Source of the DNA: an uncultured Ruminococcus sp.
GTDB taxonomy: Bacteria > Bacillota > Clostridia > Oscillospirales > Acutalibacteraceae
Length of the DNA stretch: 64,000 nucleotides
Direction of reading: 5' to 3'
Assembly: GCA_905233145.1 (NCBI GenBank)
Contig: CAJODI010000017.1
Coordinates: forward strand, 15,599-79,598
In this document: positions 54,523 through 64,000 of the stretch, piece after piece
Numbering within the stretch: the stretch's first letter is position 1
Layout of the letters: the number at the start of each line of letters is the position of its first letter
Notes under the pieces: generated by a model
Databases searched by the model: none
What the model was told of the DNA's origin: nothing
What the model saw: the letters and a program-made list of their open reading frames with translations, nothing else
Made by a program: the position numbers and the translations under genes

Positions 54523-56934
54523 TTAAGGTTTAACAACAAGATTAACAAGCTTTTTGAGCACAACGATCTCCTTAACAACCTTCATCCCTTCGATTGCGGC
54601 CTTTACCTTTAAGTCAGCCTTAGCGATGTCAAGCAGCGCTTCCTTTGTAGCGTCTGCCGGAACATTGAGCTTTGCTTTGATTTTGCCGTTTACCTGAACA
54701 ACGATTTCAACGCTTTCATCAACACATTTTAACTCGTCATATTCAGGCCACTGCGCATCGGCAAGGATTCCTTCTCCAAGCTTGCAGGCTTCATAAACCT
54801 CCTCGGTAATGTGAGGAGCAAAGGGATTAAGCAGGATTGAAAAGATTCTCAGCTCTTCCCTGTTGATTGTCTTGACATTTGAAATATCGTTGATAAGCGC
54901 CATAAGCGCGGCAATCGCTGTGTTGAACTTGATATTTTCAATATCCTCTTCAACCTTTTTGATTGTCTTGTGAAAAGCTCCTTCAAGCTCGGGACGGATT
55001 GTATCTCCGTCGATAAGGCAGGTCTGCAAATTCCAGTAGCGCTCAACAAATCTGCGGCAGCCGCGAATACTTGAAGGGCTCCACGGAGCCGCCTTTTCAA
55101 AGTCGCCGATAAACATTTCGTATAGGCGCATTGTATCAGCTCCGTACTCGTCAACAATTTCATCGGGATTAACGACGTTGCCTCTTGATTTACTCATCTT
55201 TTCGCCGTTTTCACCCAAAATCATTCCGTGTGAGGTACGCTTTGCGTATGGCTCCGGAGTCGGAACTACACCCAGATCATACAAAAATTTGTGCCAAAAG
55301 CGGCTGTAAAGCAGGTGAAGCGTTGTATGCTCCATTCCGCCGTTATACCAATCGACCGGTGCCCAGTATTCAAGCGCTTCTTTTGAAGCCAAGGCATTGT
55401 CGTTATGCGGATCCATATATCTGAGATAGTACCACGACGAGCCTGCCCACTGCGGCATAGTATCTGTTTCACGGTATGCTTTTCCTCCGCAGTGAGGACA
55501 TGTTGTTTCAATCCAGTCAGTCATCTTGGCAAGGGGAGACTCTCCGTTGTCAGTCGGCTCGTATGACTCAACCATTGGCAAAGTCAGCGGAAGCTCGCTT
55601 TCGTCAACCGGAACATAGCCGCATTTTTCACAGTGAACAATCGGGATAGGCTCTCCCCAATATCTTTGACGTGAGAACACCCAGTCTCTGAGCTTGTAAT
55701 TGACCTTTGTATGTCCCTTGCCCTCTGATGTGAGCCAGTCAATGATCTTCTTTTTTGCTTCTTCAACTGTTAAACCGTCTAGCATTCCGGAGTTCACCAT
55801 TATGCCCGTCGCACAGTCGGTAAAAGCTTCTTCTTCAACGTTTCCGCCCTTAACAACCTCGATGATAGGAAGATTGAACTTTTTTGCAAATTCCCAGTCT
55901 CTGATATCGTGACCCGGAACAGCCATGATCGCGCCTGTACCGTAGGAAACGAGAACATAATCGGAGATAAAAATAGGAATTTCCTTGTCGTTCACAGGAT
56001 TTATCGCCATAACTCCGTCGAGTTTTACGCCGGTTTTTTCTTTTGCTACTTCAGTTCTCTCAAAGTCTGACTTTCTTGCCGCGGCAGCCTGATATTCACG
56101 TATTTCCTCCATATTGCCGAGCCTGTCAGCCCATTTTTCAATCAAAGGATGCTCAGGTGAGATAACCATATATGTAGCGCCGTAAAGTGTATCGGCTCTG
56201 GTGGTATAAATCGTAAGCGTGTCGCCGGTGGTTGTTTTGAAATCGACCTCCGCGCCTGTGCTTCTGCCGATCCAGTTCTTTTGCTGAGCCTTGACTCTGT
56301 CAGGATAATTCACCAAATCAAGGTCATTTATAAGTCTGTCGGCATATTCGGTAATTTTGAGCATCCACTGTGACTTGACCTTGTGAACAACCTCGCTTCC
56401 GCAGCGCTCACAAACGCCGTTGACGACCTCTTCATTTGCAAGTACACATTTGCAGGAGGTACACCAGTTTACGTTCATTTCTTTTTTATAGGCAAGACCT
56501 TTTTTGAAAAGCTGAATAAATATCCACTGAGTCCACTTATAGTAGCTTGGATCGGTTGTGTTGATCTCTCTGCTCCAGTCAAAGGAAATACCCAGCGACT
56601 GAATCTGCTTTTTAAAGCGGGCGATATTATTTTTTGTAACAATCTCAGGGTGAATGTGGTTCTTGATAGCATAGTTTTCCGTAGGGAGTCCAAATGCGTC
56701 CCAGCCGATCGGATATAGAACATTGTAGCCCTGGAGCCTTCTTTTTCTTGCTACTGTATCAAGCGCGGTGTAGGGGCGCGGATGGCCTACGTGAAGTCCC
56801 TGACCCGACGGATAAGGGAACTCGATCAGAGCATAAAATTTTTCTTTATCTGAGTTTTCCTCGGCATGAAAAACTCCCTTTTCTTCCCAAATTTGCTGCC
56901 ACTTCGGTTCAACAGCTTTGTGATTGTACTTCAA
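54523..56934 (-). CDS. leuS: Leucine--tRNA ligase
   Basis: [28 protein letters not shown]. Confidence 0.98.
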   Translation of the reverse strand: MKYNHKAVEPKWQQIWEEKGVFHAEENSDKEKFYALIEFPYPSGQGLHVGHPRPYTALDTVARKRRLQGYNVLYPIGWDAFGLPTENYAIKNHIHPEIVTKNNIARFKKQIQSLGISFDWSREINTTDPSYYKWTQWIFIQLFKKGLAYKKEMNVNWCTSCKCVLANEEVVNGVCERCGSEVVHKVKSQWMLKITEYADRLINDLDLVNYPDRVKAQQKNWIGRSTGAEVDFKTTTGDTLTIYTTRADTLYGATYMVISPEHPLIEKWADRLGNMEEIREYQAAAARKSDFERTEVAKEKTGVKLDGVMAINPVNDKEIPIFISDYVLVSYGTGAIMAVPGHDIRDWEFAKKFNLPIIEVVKGGNVEEEAFTDCATGIMVNSGMLDGLTVEEAKKKIIDWLTSEGKGHTKVNYKLRDWVFSRQRYWGEPIPIVHCEKCGYVPVDESELPLTLPMVESYEPTDNGESPLAKMTDWIETTCPHCGGKAYRETDTMPQWAGSSWYYLRYMDPHNDNALASKEALEYWAPVDWYNGGMEHTTLHLLYSRFWHKFLYDLGVVPTPEPYAKRTSHGMILGENGEKMSKSRGNVVNPDEIVDEYGADTMRLYEMFIGDFEKAAPWSPSSIRGCRRFVERYWNLQTCLIDGDTIRPELEGAFHKTIKKVEEDIENIKFNTAIAALMALINDISNVKTINREELRIFSILLNPFAPHITEEVYEACKLGEGILADAQWPEYDELKCVDESVEIVVQVNGKIKAKLNVPADATKEALLDIAKADLKVKAAIEGMKVVKEIVVLKKLVNLVVKP

Positions 56935-56970
56935 AATATATCCCTCCGAATTTATTGTGCAAAAAATTTA

Positions 56971-57324
56971 TTAATCTATAATATCTGTAAGGTCAACCGC
57001 TTTGCCGTCCTGCCACAAACGATCAAGGTCGTAAAACTCCCTTGCCTCGTCCGAAAACACATTAACGATAACGTCAATATAGTCAAGCAGGATCCATGTG
57101 TTTGAGCGATAGCCCTCGATATGGCTTACTGAAATTCCTGCTTTGTCCAGCTGATATTCAACCTCGTCGGCAAGAGCCTTTACGTGAGTTGAGCTGTTAC
57201 CGGTGGCAATTACCATGTAATCGGCAAGCACAGAAACATCGCTGATTTCAATAACCTGAATATCTAAGCCTTTTTTGCCGCTTATAGCTTTGGCGGCGAG
57301 AACAGCCTGTTCATATGAAGTCAT
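56971..57324 (-). CDS. rsfS: Ribosome silencing factor
   Basis: KKGLDI...ADYMVIATGNS...WILLDY..VIVNVF...FYDLDRLW. Confidence 0.95.
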   Translation of the reverse strand: MTSYEQAVLAAKAISGKKGLDIQVIEISDVSVLADYMVIATGNSSTHVKALADEVEYQLDKAGISVSHIEGYRSNTWILLDYIDVIVNVFSDEAREFYDLDRLWQDGKAVDLTDIID

Positions 57325-57326
57325 AA

Positions 57327-57905
57327 TTATTTTCCCTCGTTTAGAATAATATCGTTATAGCAAAAAACCTCGTCCGGATGAATAGCCAGCTTCCTTTTTG
57401 TCAGGTCGCAAAGCGTGAACTGAAAACCAAAAATCATCGCTTCTTCAAGGCTTTCCCTTGATTTTTTGCGCATAGTCTCAACACCGTCATAATCTCGTTC
57501 CTCGGAAGTGAAGTCTGCAACAAAAATAACCTTTTCAAGCAGCGACATTCCTGCCCTTCCGGTAGTATGATATCTTATCGCGTTGATTATATCAGGATCT
57601 TTGATTCCGGGATTTGTCTGAATATACACGCTTCCGCTGATACTGTGCCATAGCTTGGGCGCGTTTTTTTGAACATTGTCTAAAATTATACCACCGTCTT
57701 GCATAATTTGCAACTGTTCATCAAAGGGAAGCTCTTTTGTGATGTCATGCAGAATTCCGGCGATATACGCCTCTTCCTCGTCTGCTCCGTAAAGCTTCGC
57801 GAGAACCACAGCTTCCTTTGCCACATTAACACTGTGTTTAAAACGCCTGTCTCCCATCTTGGGACGAATCAAATTTTCATAGCCGACCGTATTCATTGCT
57901 CTCAC
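57327..57905 (-). CDS. yqeK: HD-domain Ap4A hydrolase YqeK
   Basis: RFKHSVNV, GILHDITKE, AIRYHTTG, FVADFTSEER; follows nadD. Confidence 0.93.
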   Translation of the reverse strand: MRAMNTVGYENLIRPKMGDRRFKHSVNVAKEAVVLAKLYGADEEEAYIAGILHDITKELPFDEQLQIMQDGGIILDNVQKNAPKLWHSISGSVYIQTNPGIKDPDIINAIRYHTTGRAGMSLLEKVIFVADFTSEERDYDGVETMRKKSRESLEEAMIFGFQFTLCDLTKRKLAIHPDEVFCYNDIILNEGK

Positions 57906-58507
57906 TTCCGATATAAATTATTGTTTGTTATATAGTCAAATACATTCAAATCAAGCAAGTCTTTAATTCTTTCATCTTTCCATATATGTTCGCGAATATA
58001 GGTTGAAGAAACCTGAGTTACAGAGTTTTCTAGAATATATGCTTTCGCGCCCATAGGCTTTAGAACAGAAGCATAAAAATCGTCAAGCGCGCGCTTGTCG
58101 TCGTTGTTTCTGGGAATTGTAATCACAGAGGAGCTTTTAAATATGGATTTGGGATTTTTCCATTTATCAAGCGTCAGAAACATGTCTGCTCCCATAATTA
58201 AAAACAATTCGTCATTTGAATATATTTCTTTCAATGAATTAAGAGTTTCGTAGGTATAGCTTTTTCCTCCGCGTTGTATTTCAATGTTGGAAACACAAAA
58301 GTCCGGATAATTCTGTGCTGCAAGGCAGCACATTTTAAGACGATGTTCACAGCTTTCGAGCTCGCTGTCTGATTTGTGCGGCGGAGAATAGGTTGGTATC
58401 AATATAATTTTATTGAGCCGGATAGAATCCATGCAGTACTTTCCCAGCTCAATGTGACCCTTGTGAATCGGGTTAAAGCTTCCGCCCAAAATTCCGAGTC
58501 TGCTCAT
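57902..58507 (-). CDS. nadD: Nicotinate-nucleotide adenylyltransferase
   Basis: GGSFNPIHKGH, PPHK, SYTYETL, MGAD, VSSTYIRE. Confidence 0.96.
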   Translation of the reverse strand: MSRLGILGGSFNPIHKGHIELGKYCMDSIRLNKIILIPTYSPPHKSDSELESCEHRLKMCCLAAQNYPDFCVSNIEIQRGGKSYTYETLNSLKEIYSNDELFLIMGADMFLTLDKWKNPKSIFKSSSVITIPRNNDDKRALDDFYASVLKPMGAKAYILENSVTQVSSTYIREHIWKDERIKDLLDLNVFDYITNNNLYRK

Positions 58508-58809
58508 TTGCTTTTTGCCTTTGGAAGAGTAATAACCGGTTCGTCGGGATTTTGGCGGTATAAAACAAATTTTGAGCCGATCACCTGAACCACCTCAGAC
58601 GAGGTGCCTTCGGCAATTATTTCGGCACTTTCACGTGGGGAATAACTGCTGTTTTCAAGCGTTTTTCCCTTTATAAGCTCTCGCGCGGTCAGCGCGTCGT
58701 CAGCCTGTTTGATTATATTTTCGGTGATCTCGCCCTTGCCGATATACAGAATTGTTTCGATTCCGTTGGCAAGTCCTCTGAGATACGCCCTTTGTTTACT
58801 TGTCAGCAT
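58504..58809 (-). CDS. yhbY: YhbY/CRM RNA-binding protein
   Basis: LTSKQRAYLRGLA, IGKG, ARELIK, QVIG..FVLYR. Confidence 0.93.
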   Translation of the reverse strand: MLTSKQRAYLRGLANGIETILYIGKGEITENIIKQADDALTARELIKGKTLENSSYSPRESAEIIAEGTSSEVVQVIGSKFVLYRQNPDEPVITLPKAKSK

Positions 58810-58810
58810 A

Positions 58811-59422
58811 TTAGTCCTCTTGTTTCTTTTGATTTTTTAGATATTTTTCCAGCTCGGTTTTCAGCATGTTAAGAGCCTTTCCTCTGTGGCTGACTGCGTC
58901 CTTTTCCTCTGCGCTAAGCTGAGCAAAGGCTTTGTCACCCTGCATAAAAATCGGGTCATATCCAAAGCCGCCGTTGCCGACCGGCTTATATCCGATTACT
59001 CCCTCGCAATGACCCTCGACTTCTATTTTTGAGCCGTCGGGCAGAATACAGCATATCGCCGAGGTATAGTGCGCGCCGCGTTTATCCTCGGGAACATCCT
59101 TTAGCTCGTTTAACAGCTTGTTGTTTCTGTCCTCGTCAGTCGCGCCTTCACCTGCATATCTTGCGGAATAAATCCCGGGCGCGCCGTTGAGCGCGTCAAC
59201 ACACAGTCCGGAATCATCGGCAACCGCGGGCATACCTGTTTTTACATATGCTGCGTTTGCCTTGATAAAGGCATTTTCCAAAAAAGTAGTACCGGTCTCC
59301 TCAACCTCGTCAAGTTTGATTCCTGCGTTTTTTGCAGATATCGCTTCTATACCGAGAGGGTTTAGAATTCTTTCCATCTCTATGAGCTTTTTTTGATTGT
59401 TGGTAGCTATAATAAATTTCAT
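58811..59422 (-). CDS. rdgB: Non-canonical purine NTP pyrophosphatase
   Basis: ATNNQKK, EETGTTFLENA, ADDSGL, GFGYDPIF, SHRGKA. Confidence 0.95.
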   Translation of the reverse strand: MKFIIATNNQKKLIEMERILNPLGIEAISAKNAGIKLDEVEETGTTFLENAFIKANAAYVKTGMPAVADDSGLCVDALNGAPGIYSARYAGEGATDEDRNNKLLNELKDVPEDKRGAHYTSAICCILPDGSKIEVEGHCEGVIGYKPVGNGGFGYDPIFMQGDKAFAQLSAEEKDAVSHRGKALNMLKTELEKYLKNQKKQED

Positions 59423-59445
59423 TATTTTCTCCGGTTTGACAAGTA

Positions 59446-60360
59446 TCACTCTGATTTCGCGAACAATGCTTTTGCAAATTCTTCTGAGTTAAACGGCTGC
59501 AAGTCGTCGATTTGTTCACCGACGCCGATATATTTTACCGGTATGCCGAGACCTTCTTTAATTGCAAGCACAACGCCGCCCTTAGCCGTGCCGTCAAGCT
59601 TAGTCAAAACAATGCCCGTGATACCGGTAGCTTCTCTGAACTGTTCAGCCTGGTTCACAGCGTTTTGACCTGTCGTTGCGTCAAGCACCAAGAGCTTTTC
59701 TTTTGCTGCGTCGGGAAGCTCTCTGTCGATAACTCTGTTGATTTTTGCAAGCTCGTCCATAAGGTGCTTTTTATTATGAAGTCGTCCGGCGGTGTCGCAG
59801 ATTATTACGTCGGCATTTCTTGCCTTTGCGGCAGAAATAGCGTCAAAAATAACCGCAGCCGGGTCGCTGCCCTCCTCCTGCTTGATTATTTCACAGCCGC
59901 TTCTTTCAGCCCAGATGTCAAGCTGTTCAATAGCAGCGGCTCTAAAGGTATCCGCGGCGGCAAGAAGAACTCTTTTGCCTTCATTTGACAGCCTGTATGC
60001 AAGCTTTCCTATAGTTGTAGTTTTTCCGACTCCGTTTACGCCGATCACAAGAATAATAGACGGACTGGTTGAAATATCAATGCCTTCGTCTCCGCTGAGC
60101 ATTTCGGAGATAATTTCCTCCAAAAGTACGTTGATTTGCTCCGGATCGGTAACGCCTTCCTTTTTTACACGAGTTCTGAGCTCCTGACAGATTTTTTGGG
60201 CTGTAGGAACGCCAACGTCACCCATAACCAAAAGCTCTTCAAGCTCTTCAAAAAGCTCCTCATCAATCTTTGTAAAGGATTTGAGCATGGTGTCGATCTG
60301 ACCCATAACGGCGTTGCGCGTCTTTTTAAGTCCCTCTTTGATTTTATTAAAAAGTCCCAT
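59446..60360 (-). CDS. ftsY: SRP receptor FtsY
   Basis: GVNGVGKTT, DTFRAAA, DTAGR, TKLDGTAKGG. Confidence 0.98.
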   Translation of the reverse strand: MGLFNKIKEGLKKTRNAVMGQIDTMLKSFTKIDEELFEELEELLVMGDVGVPTAQKICQELRTRVKKEGVTDPEQINVLLEEIISEMLSGDEGIDISTSPSIILVIGVNGVGKTTTIGKLAYRLSNEGKRVLLAAADTFRAAAIEQLDIWAERSGCEIIKQEEGSDPAAVIFDAISAAKARNADVIICDTAGRLHNKKHLMDELAKINRVIDRELPDAAKEKLLVLDATTGQNAVNQAEQFREATGITGIVLTKLDGTAKGGVVLAIKEGLGIPVKYIGVGEQIDDLQPFNSEEFAKALFAKSE

Positions 60361-60372
60361 AATAACCTTCCT

Positions 60373-63300
60373 TTATTTAGTTTCGATCCCGAGCTTTGAA
60401 GCAACCTCGGTTGAGCGCAGCTCCAGCAGCTTGGAAATTCCCTCGTCCTGCATTGTTACTCCGTACAAAACGTCGGCTTCCTCCATTGTGCCGCGCCTGT
60501 GGGTAATGAGAATAAACTGCGTATTATCGGTCATATTTCTCAGATAGCTTGCAAAACGATAAACGTTTACGTCGTCGAGCGCGGCTTCAATTTCGTCCAT
60601 AACGCAAAACGGCGCGGGACGAACCTTCATGATCGCAAAGTACAGCGCGATCGCGGCGTCAAGATGAACAACAATTTTACCCGGCGGATGAACATAAATA
60701 TCTATTCCGCAGGTCAAAATATTCTCCGGATCGGCAAGGGCAAGTGACGCCGTGCCGCCGCCGAAAAGCTCCTTGAAGGTATAGGTGAAGTTTTTGTTGA
60801 TCTCGTCAAAGCTCTTAACAAAGCTTTCCTTCATCTGTTTGGTAAGGTTGATAATAAGACGTTCAATTTCCTTTTTGGATTTTTCAACATCTTCAACCTG
60901 TTCACTCATAAACGTGTATCTTTCGGAAACCTCTTTGTATTCTTCAATTGCGGACACATTTACATTTCCCAGCGATTTGATACCTCGCTTAAGCTCGTTT
61001 AGCTTGCGACGCGCGGCGGCTTCGTCGCTGATTTTAACAGCTGACTGCTCTGCCTCACGCTTTGTAAGCTCATATTCTTCCCAAAGCTTTGCTATTATTT
61101 CGTCGTATTCCTTTTGAATATTGATTTTTCTTTCTTCCAGTCTTGCAAGCTCTCTGCCGCTTACCTCTCGCTCAGAGTTTTTGCTTCTTTCAATACTCCT
61201 GATTTCGGCAGAACGCTTTTCAAGCAGATCTCTCTGTTTATTAATTGCGTCAATCTTATCGTTTTGAGATTTTTGTGTGTTCTCAAGAGTATTAATCAGA
61301 GAATTATAATCATTTATGCTCTTCTTAGCTTTGAAAATCGCATCTTCACAGCGTTCAATCTGCTCATTAAGCTCAGCAGTTCTTTTATCCTGATCAAGCC
61401 CTGAGCTTTTTGCGAAAACAATTTCCGTATTCAGCGCGTCAATATCCTTTTGAGAAGTAACTATTTCAAGACGAATGCTTTGCAGATTTGCGGAAATCTC
61501 CTCACGCTTTTGTGTAAGCTGAGTACGGCTGCCGGTTACCGAATTGATTTGTTCTTCTGTTTCCGAGATTTTTTTACTAAGCTGCGCAAGACGTTGCTTT
61601 GCCTTAATTCCGTCGGATTTCAGAGCTTCGCATTTTTTGTCGCAGACAGAAATTTCCGTGTTTGCGGAATCAATCAAAGAGCTTGTATTATCCAGCTCGG
61701 TCTGACAGGCTCGCGTTTCGGCTTCAAGTCGGATTTTTTCATGCTGTAAATTTGAAAGCTCCGCATTTGCTCCGAGAAGCTGAGCTTCTATAGAACCAAA
61801 TTCCCTTGTCGCGGCTTCAAGCTCTGCTTCGGCTGACTTTAATGCTTCGGAAAGCTTTACCGCGTCGGCTTTGAGCGACATAATTTCACTTGCTCTGCTG
61901 AGAAGTCCGGTATTTTTATTCAGCGAGCCGCCTGTGAGCGAACCGCCGGCGTTTACAACCTGACCGTCAAGAGTAACAACTCTGAATCGGTAGGAATATT
62001 TTTTTGCTAATGAAGCCGCACAGTTCAAATCCTCGGCAATGACGATTTTTCCGAGAAGATTAGAAAGAATGTTCTTGAATTTGTCGTCGCACGAGCAAAG
62101 AGATGAAGCTATTCCGACATATCCATAGCAATCGTCAAGTCCTGATTCCTTAAGCTCACGCGGCTTGATTGTATTGAGCGGCAAAAAGGTTGCTCTTCCT
62201 CCGTCGGTTGATTTTAAAAATCTTATTGCCTGTTTTGCGTCCTCGTCGGTTTCAACGACAATGTTTTGCATAGCCGCACCCAGAGCGGTTTCTATTGCCA
62301 CGCCGTATTTTGGCGGAACAGAAATCACTCTTGACACAGGACCGCAAACGCCCTTTAGCTTGCCGTTTTTTGAAGCATTAACAACAATTTTAACGCTTTT
62401 TGAAAAACCTTCAAGGTTTCTTTCAAGATTTTCAAGAAAAGAAATCTTTCTTCCGTGCTCACGGGCGTCAAGCGTAAGTCTGTCGCATTCTGCTCTTAAA
62501 GCGTTTTTCTTTTTCTCCCGAGAAGCAAGCTTGATTTCAAGTCCGCTGATTGTGTTAGAAAGTGAATCTGAGTTTTCTTCAAGCTGTTTTAGCTTTGCTG
62601 TATAATCGTCAAGCAACCCGATGAGAGCTTCAAGCTGTTCTTTTCTCTCGCCGTTGGCTTTTATCAGAGCTTCCTTTCTTGAGATCAGCTCAGCGATTGT
62701 ACTCTCCGAGGTCATGTCAATTACTCTTTCGTCCGCAGACTGAGAAGTAAGAGCAGAAAGCTCCGCGGTGAGCTTTTGCAATGCGTCACTGCTTTTTCCG
62801 GAATCAATATTTATTATGTTCAGTTCTTCCGAAAGCTCACTGTAACGCTTTTGCTTGCCGATTATCTCTTTGTCCAGAACCGCGATCCGCGCCTCTTTTT
62901 CGGCGATTGTTTTTTCGAGCTCGTCTGCATTTTTTTGAAACTGAGCTATCTCACCATTGATTCTGTCAATATTTTCGCTATTGTGGAGTATGTCGTTTTC
63001 AGAAACTGAAATCTTGGCTTTTGTTTCTAAAATTTCACCTTCAAGTCCCGATATCTTACCTCGGATTTCTTCGATTTGAGATAACAGCTGTCCGTTTTTA
63101 AGATATATTTCCTCACTCTCAAGCTGAATACTTTCAAGAGCCTCTTCAGCCTCGTCGTACTGAGCCTTGGCAATAGATATTTTTTCTTCCTGAGCCTTGA
63201 TTTTATCCTGAGAATTATCAAGAGTTCTGAGCCACAGCGCGATCTCCAAGCCACGCTTTTCTTCCGAAAGCTTCAAAAACTGCTGTGCTTTTTCAGACTG

Positions 63301-63921
63301 CTTTTCAAGCGGACCGACTCTTTCTTCAAGCTCGGTAACAATATCCCTTAGTCTGAGCAAGTTGTCCTCTGTGCTTTTCAGCCGTCTTTCGGCTTCGGTT
63401 TTTCTGTATCTGTAGCGTGAGATCCCGGCAGCTTCTTCAAAAATCTCGCGCCTGTCCTCACCCTTTGACGAAACAATGCTGTCTATCTTACCCTGACCGA
63501 TCATCGAATAACCGTCGCGACCCAAGCCGGTATCCATAAACAGCTCGTTGATGTCCTTTAGCCTGACCGCGGCCTTGTTTATCAAATATTCGCTTTCGCC
63601 GCTTCTGTAGTATCTGCGTGTTACGGCGATGTTGTCTCCGTCAAATTCCAGAAATCTGTCTGAATTATCAATATTGAGAGTAACCTCGGCATAACCCTGC
63701 TTTTTTCTCTTGTCGGTGCCGTTAAAAACCACGTCCTCCATTTTGGAGCAGCGCAGGCTTTTGGGCGACTGCTCGCCAAGCACCCATCTAATCGCGTCGC
63801 TTATGTTGCTTTTTCCCGAACCGTTGGGGCCGACAACAGAGGTTATACCCTGCTCAAAGCTCAATTTTGTTTTGTCGGGAAATGTCTTAAAGCCCTGTAC
63901 TTCCAATGATTTTAAACGCAT
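60373..63921 (-). CDS. smc: Chromosome segregation protein SMC (ABC signature motif missing as given)
   Basis: GPNGSGKSN Walker A, coiled coils, hinge (GRATFLPL...GGSLTGG), Walker B/D-loop MDEIEAALD. Confidence 0.97.
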   Translation of the reverse strand: MRLKSLEVQGFKTFPDKTKLSFEQGITSVVGPNGSGKSNISDAIRWVLGEQSPKSLRCSKMEDVVFNGTDKRKKQGYAEVTLNIDNSDRFLEFDGDNIAVTRRYYRSGESEYLINKAAVRLKDINELFMDTGLGRDGYSMIGQGKIDSIVSSKGEDRREIFEEAAGISRYRYRKTEAERRLKSTEDNLLRLRDIVTELEERVGPLEKQSEKAQQFLKLSEEKRGLEIALWLRTLDNSQDKIKAQEEKISIAKAQYDEAEEALESIQLESEEIYLKNGQLLSQIEEIRGKISGLEGEILETKAKISVSENDILHNSENIDRINGEIAQFQKNADELEKTIAEKEARIAVLDKEIIGKQKRYSELSEELNIINIDSGKSSDALQKLTAELSALTSQSADERVIDMTSESTIAELISRKEALIKANGERKEQLEALIGLLDDYTAKLKQLEENSDSLSNTISGLEIKLASREKKKNALRAECDRLTLDAREHGRKISFLENLERNLEGFSKSVKIVVNASKNGKLKGVCGPVSRVISVPPKYGVAIETALGAAMQNIVVETDEDAKQAIRFLKSTDGGRATFLPLNTIKPRELKESGLDDCYGYVGIASSLCSCDDKFKNILSNLLGKIVIAEDLNCAASLAKKYSYRFRVVTLDGQVVNAGGSLTGGSLNKNTGLLSRASEIMSLKADAVKLSEALKSAEAELEAATREFGSIEAQLLGANAELSNLQHEKIRLEAETRACQTELDNTSSLIDSANTEISVCDKKCEALKSDGIKAKQRLAQLSKKISETEEQINSVTGSRTQLTQKREEISANLQSIRLEIVTSQKDIDALNTEIVFAKSSGLDQDKRTAELNEQIERCEDAIFKAKKSINDYNSLINTLENTQKSQNDKIDAINKQRDLLEKRSAEIRSIERSKNSEREVSGRELARLEERKINIQKEYDEIIAKLWEEYELTKREAEQSAVKISDEAAARRKLNELKRGIKSLGNVNVSAIEEYKEVSERYTFMSEQVEDVEKSKKEIERLIINLTKQMKESFVKSFDEINKNFTYTFKELFGGGTASLALADPENILTCGIDIYVHPPGKIVVHLDAAIALYFAIMKVRPAPFCVMDEIEAALDDVNVYRFASYLRNMTDNTQFILITHRRGTMEEADVLYGVTMQDEGISKLLELRSTEVASKLGIETK

Positions 63922-63930
63922 CAATTACCC

Positions 63931-64000
63931 CTATAAAATGTACATTCCGTATTTATCAAGCTCATCGTCAAATTCAATTTTGAGCTTGTAGCCCAAGCCT
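63931..64000 (-). CDS. 3' end of the gene upstream of smc (partial; possibly the Elp3-like radical SAM gene often found between rnc and smc)
   Basis: Open frame GLGYKLKIEFDDELDKYGMYIL*; identity inferred from synteny only. Confidence 0.4.
   Translation of the reverse strand, partial: GLGYKLKIEFDDELDKYGMYIL

Overview
This is a 64-kb chromosomal segment from a spore-forming, dockerin-producing Oscillospiraceae/Ruminococcus-type firmicute. The R. bromii-like assignment is inferred from dockerin style, gene order and the cwlD/yunB sporulation genes. About 45 kb is conserved housekeeping synteny on the minus strand: smc-ftsY-rdgB-yhbY-nadD-yqeK-rsfS-leuS, rpsU, aroQ-pepP-efp, miaB-ylbF-mutS-mutL-miaA-yggS-sepF-ylmH-divIVA-ileS-lspA-rluD, rplS-lepB x2-rbgA-rnhB-yraN, thrC, tig-clpP-clpX-lon-engB-lysA and gdhA. 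The most notable locus (3.4-10.5 kb) is a cobalamin-riboswitch-controlled operon. It encodes (1) a secreted DUF4430 (transcobalamin beta-domain-like) + dockerin protein, (2) a secreted alpha/alpha-barrel + dockerin protein, (3) a membrane-tethered DUF4430 protein, (4) EcfT and (5) a fused EcfA-A'-S(CbrT-like) transporter. I interpret this as a candidate split, scaffold-assembled bacterial transcobalamin-like B12 capture system (inference). Other notable items: a modular MITE family, one copy of which sits at the tip of the riboswitch P6 stem; two further small TIR element families; a perfect 11-6-11 palindrome just upstream of a Xer recombinase where gene orientation switches; in-frame deletions removing the SMC LSGG signature and a MutS domain-I helix; and a signal peptidase I with four 26-aa N-terminal repeats. 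No CRISPR array, rRNA, tRNA, transposase or prophage was seen. All family assignments are by motif recognition only; no searches were run.
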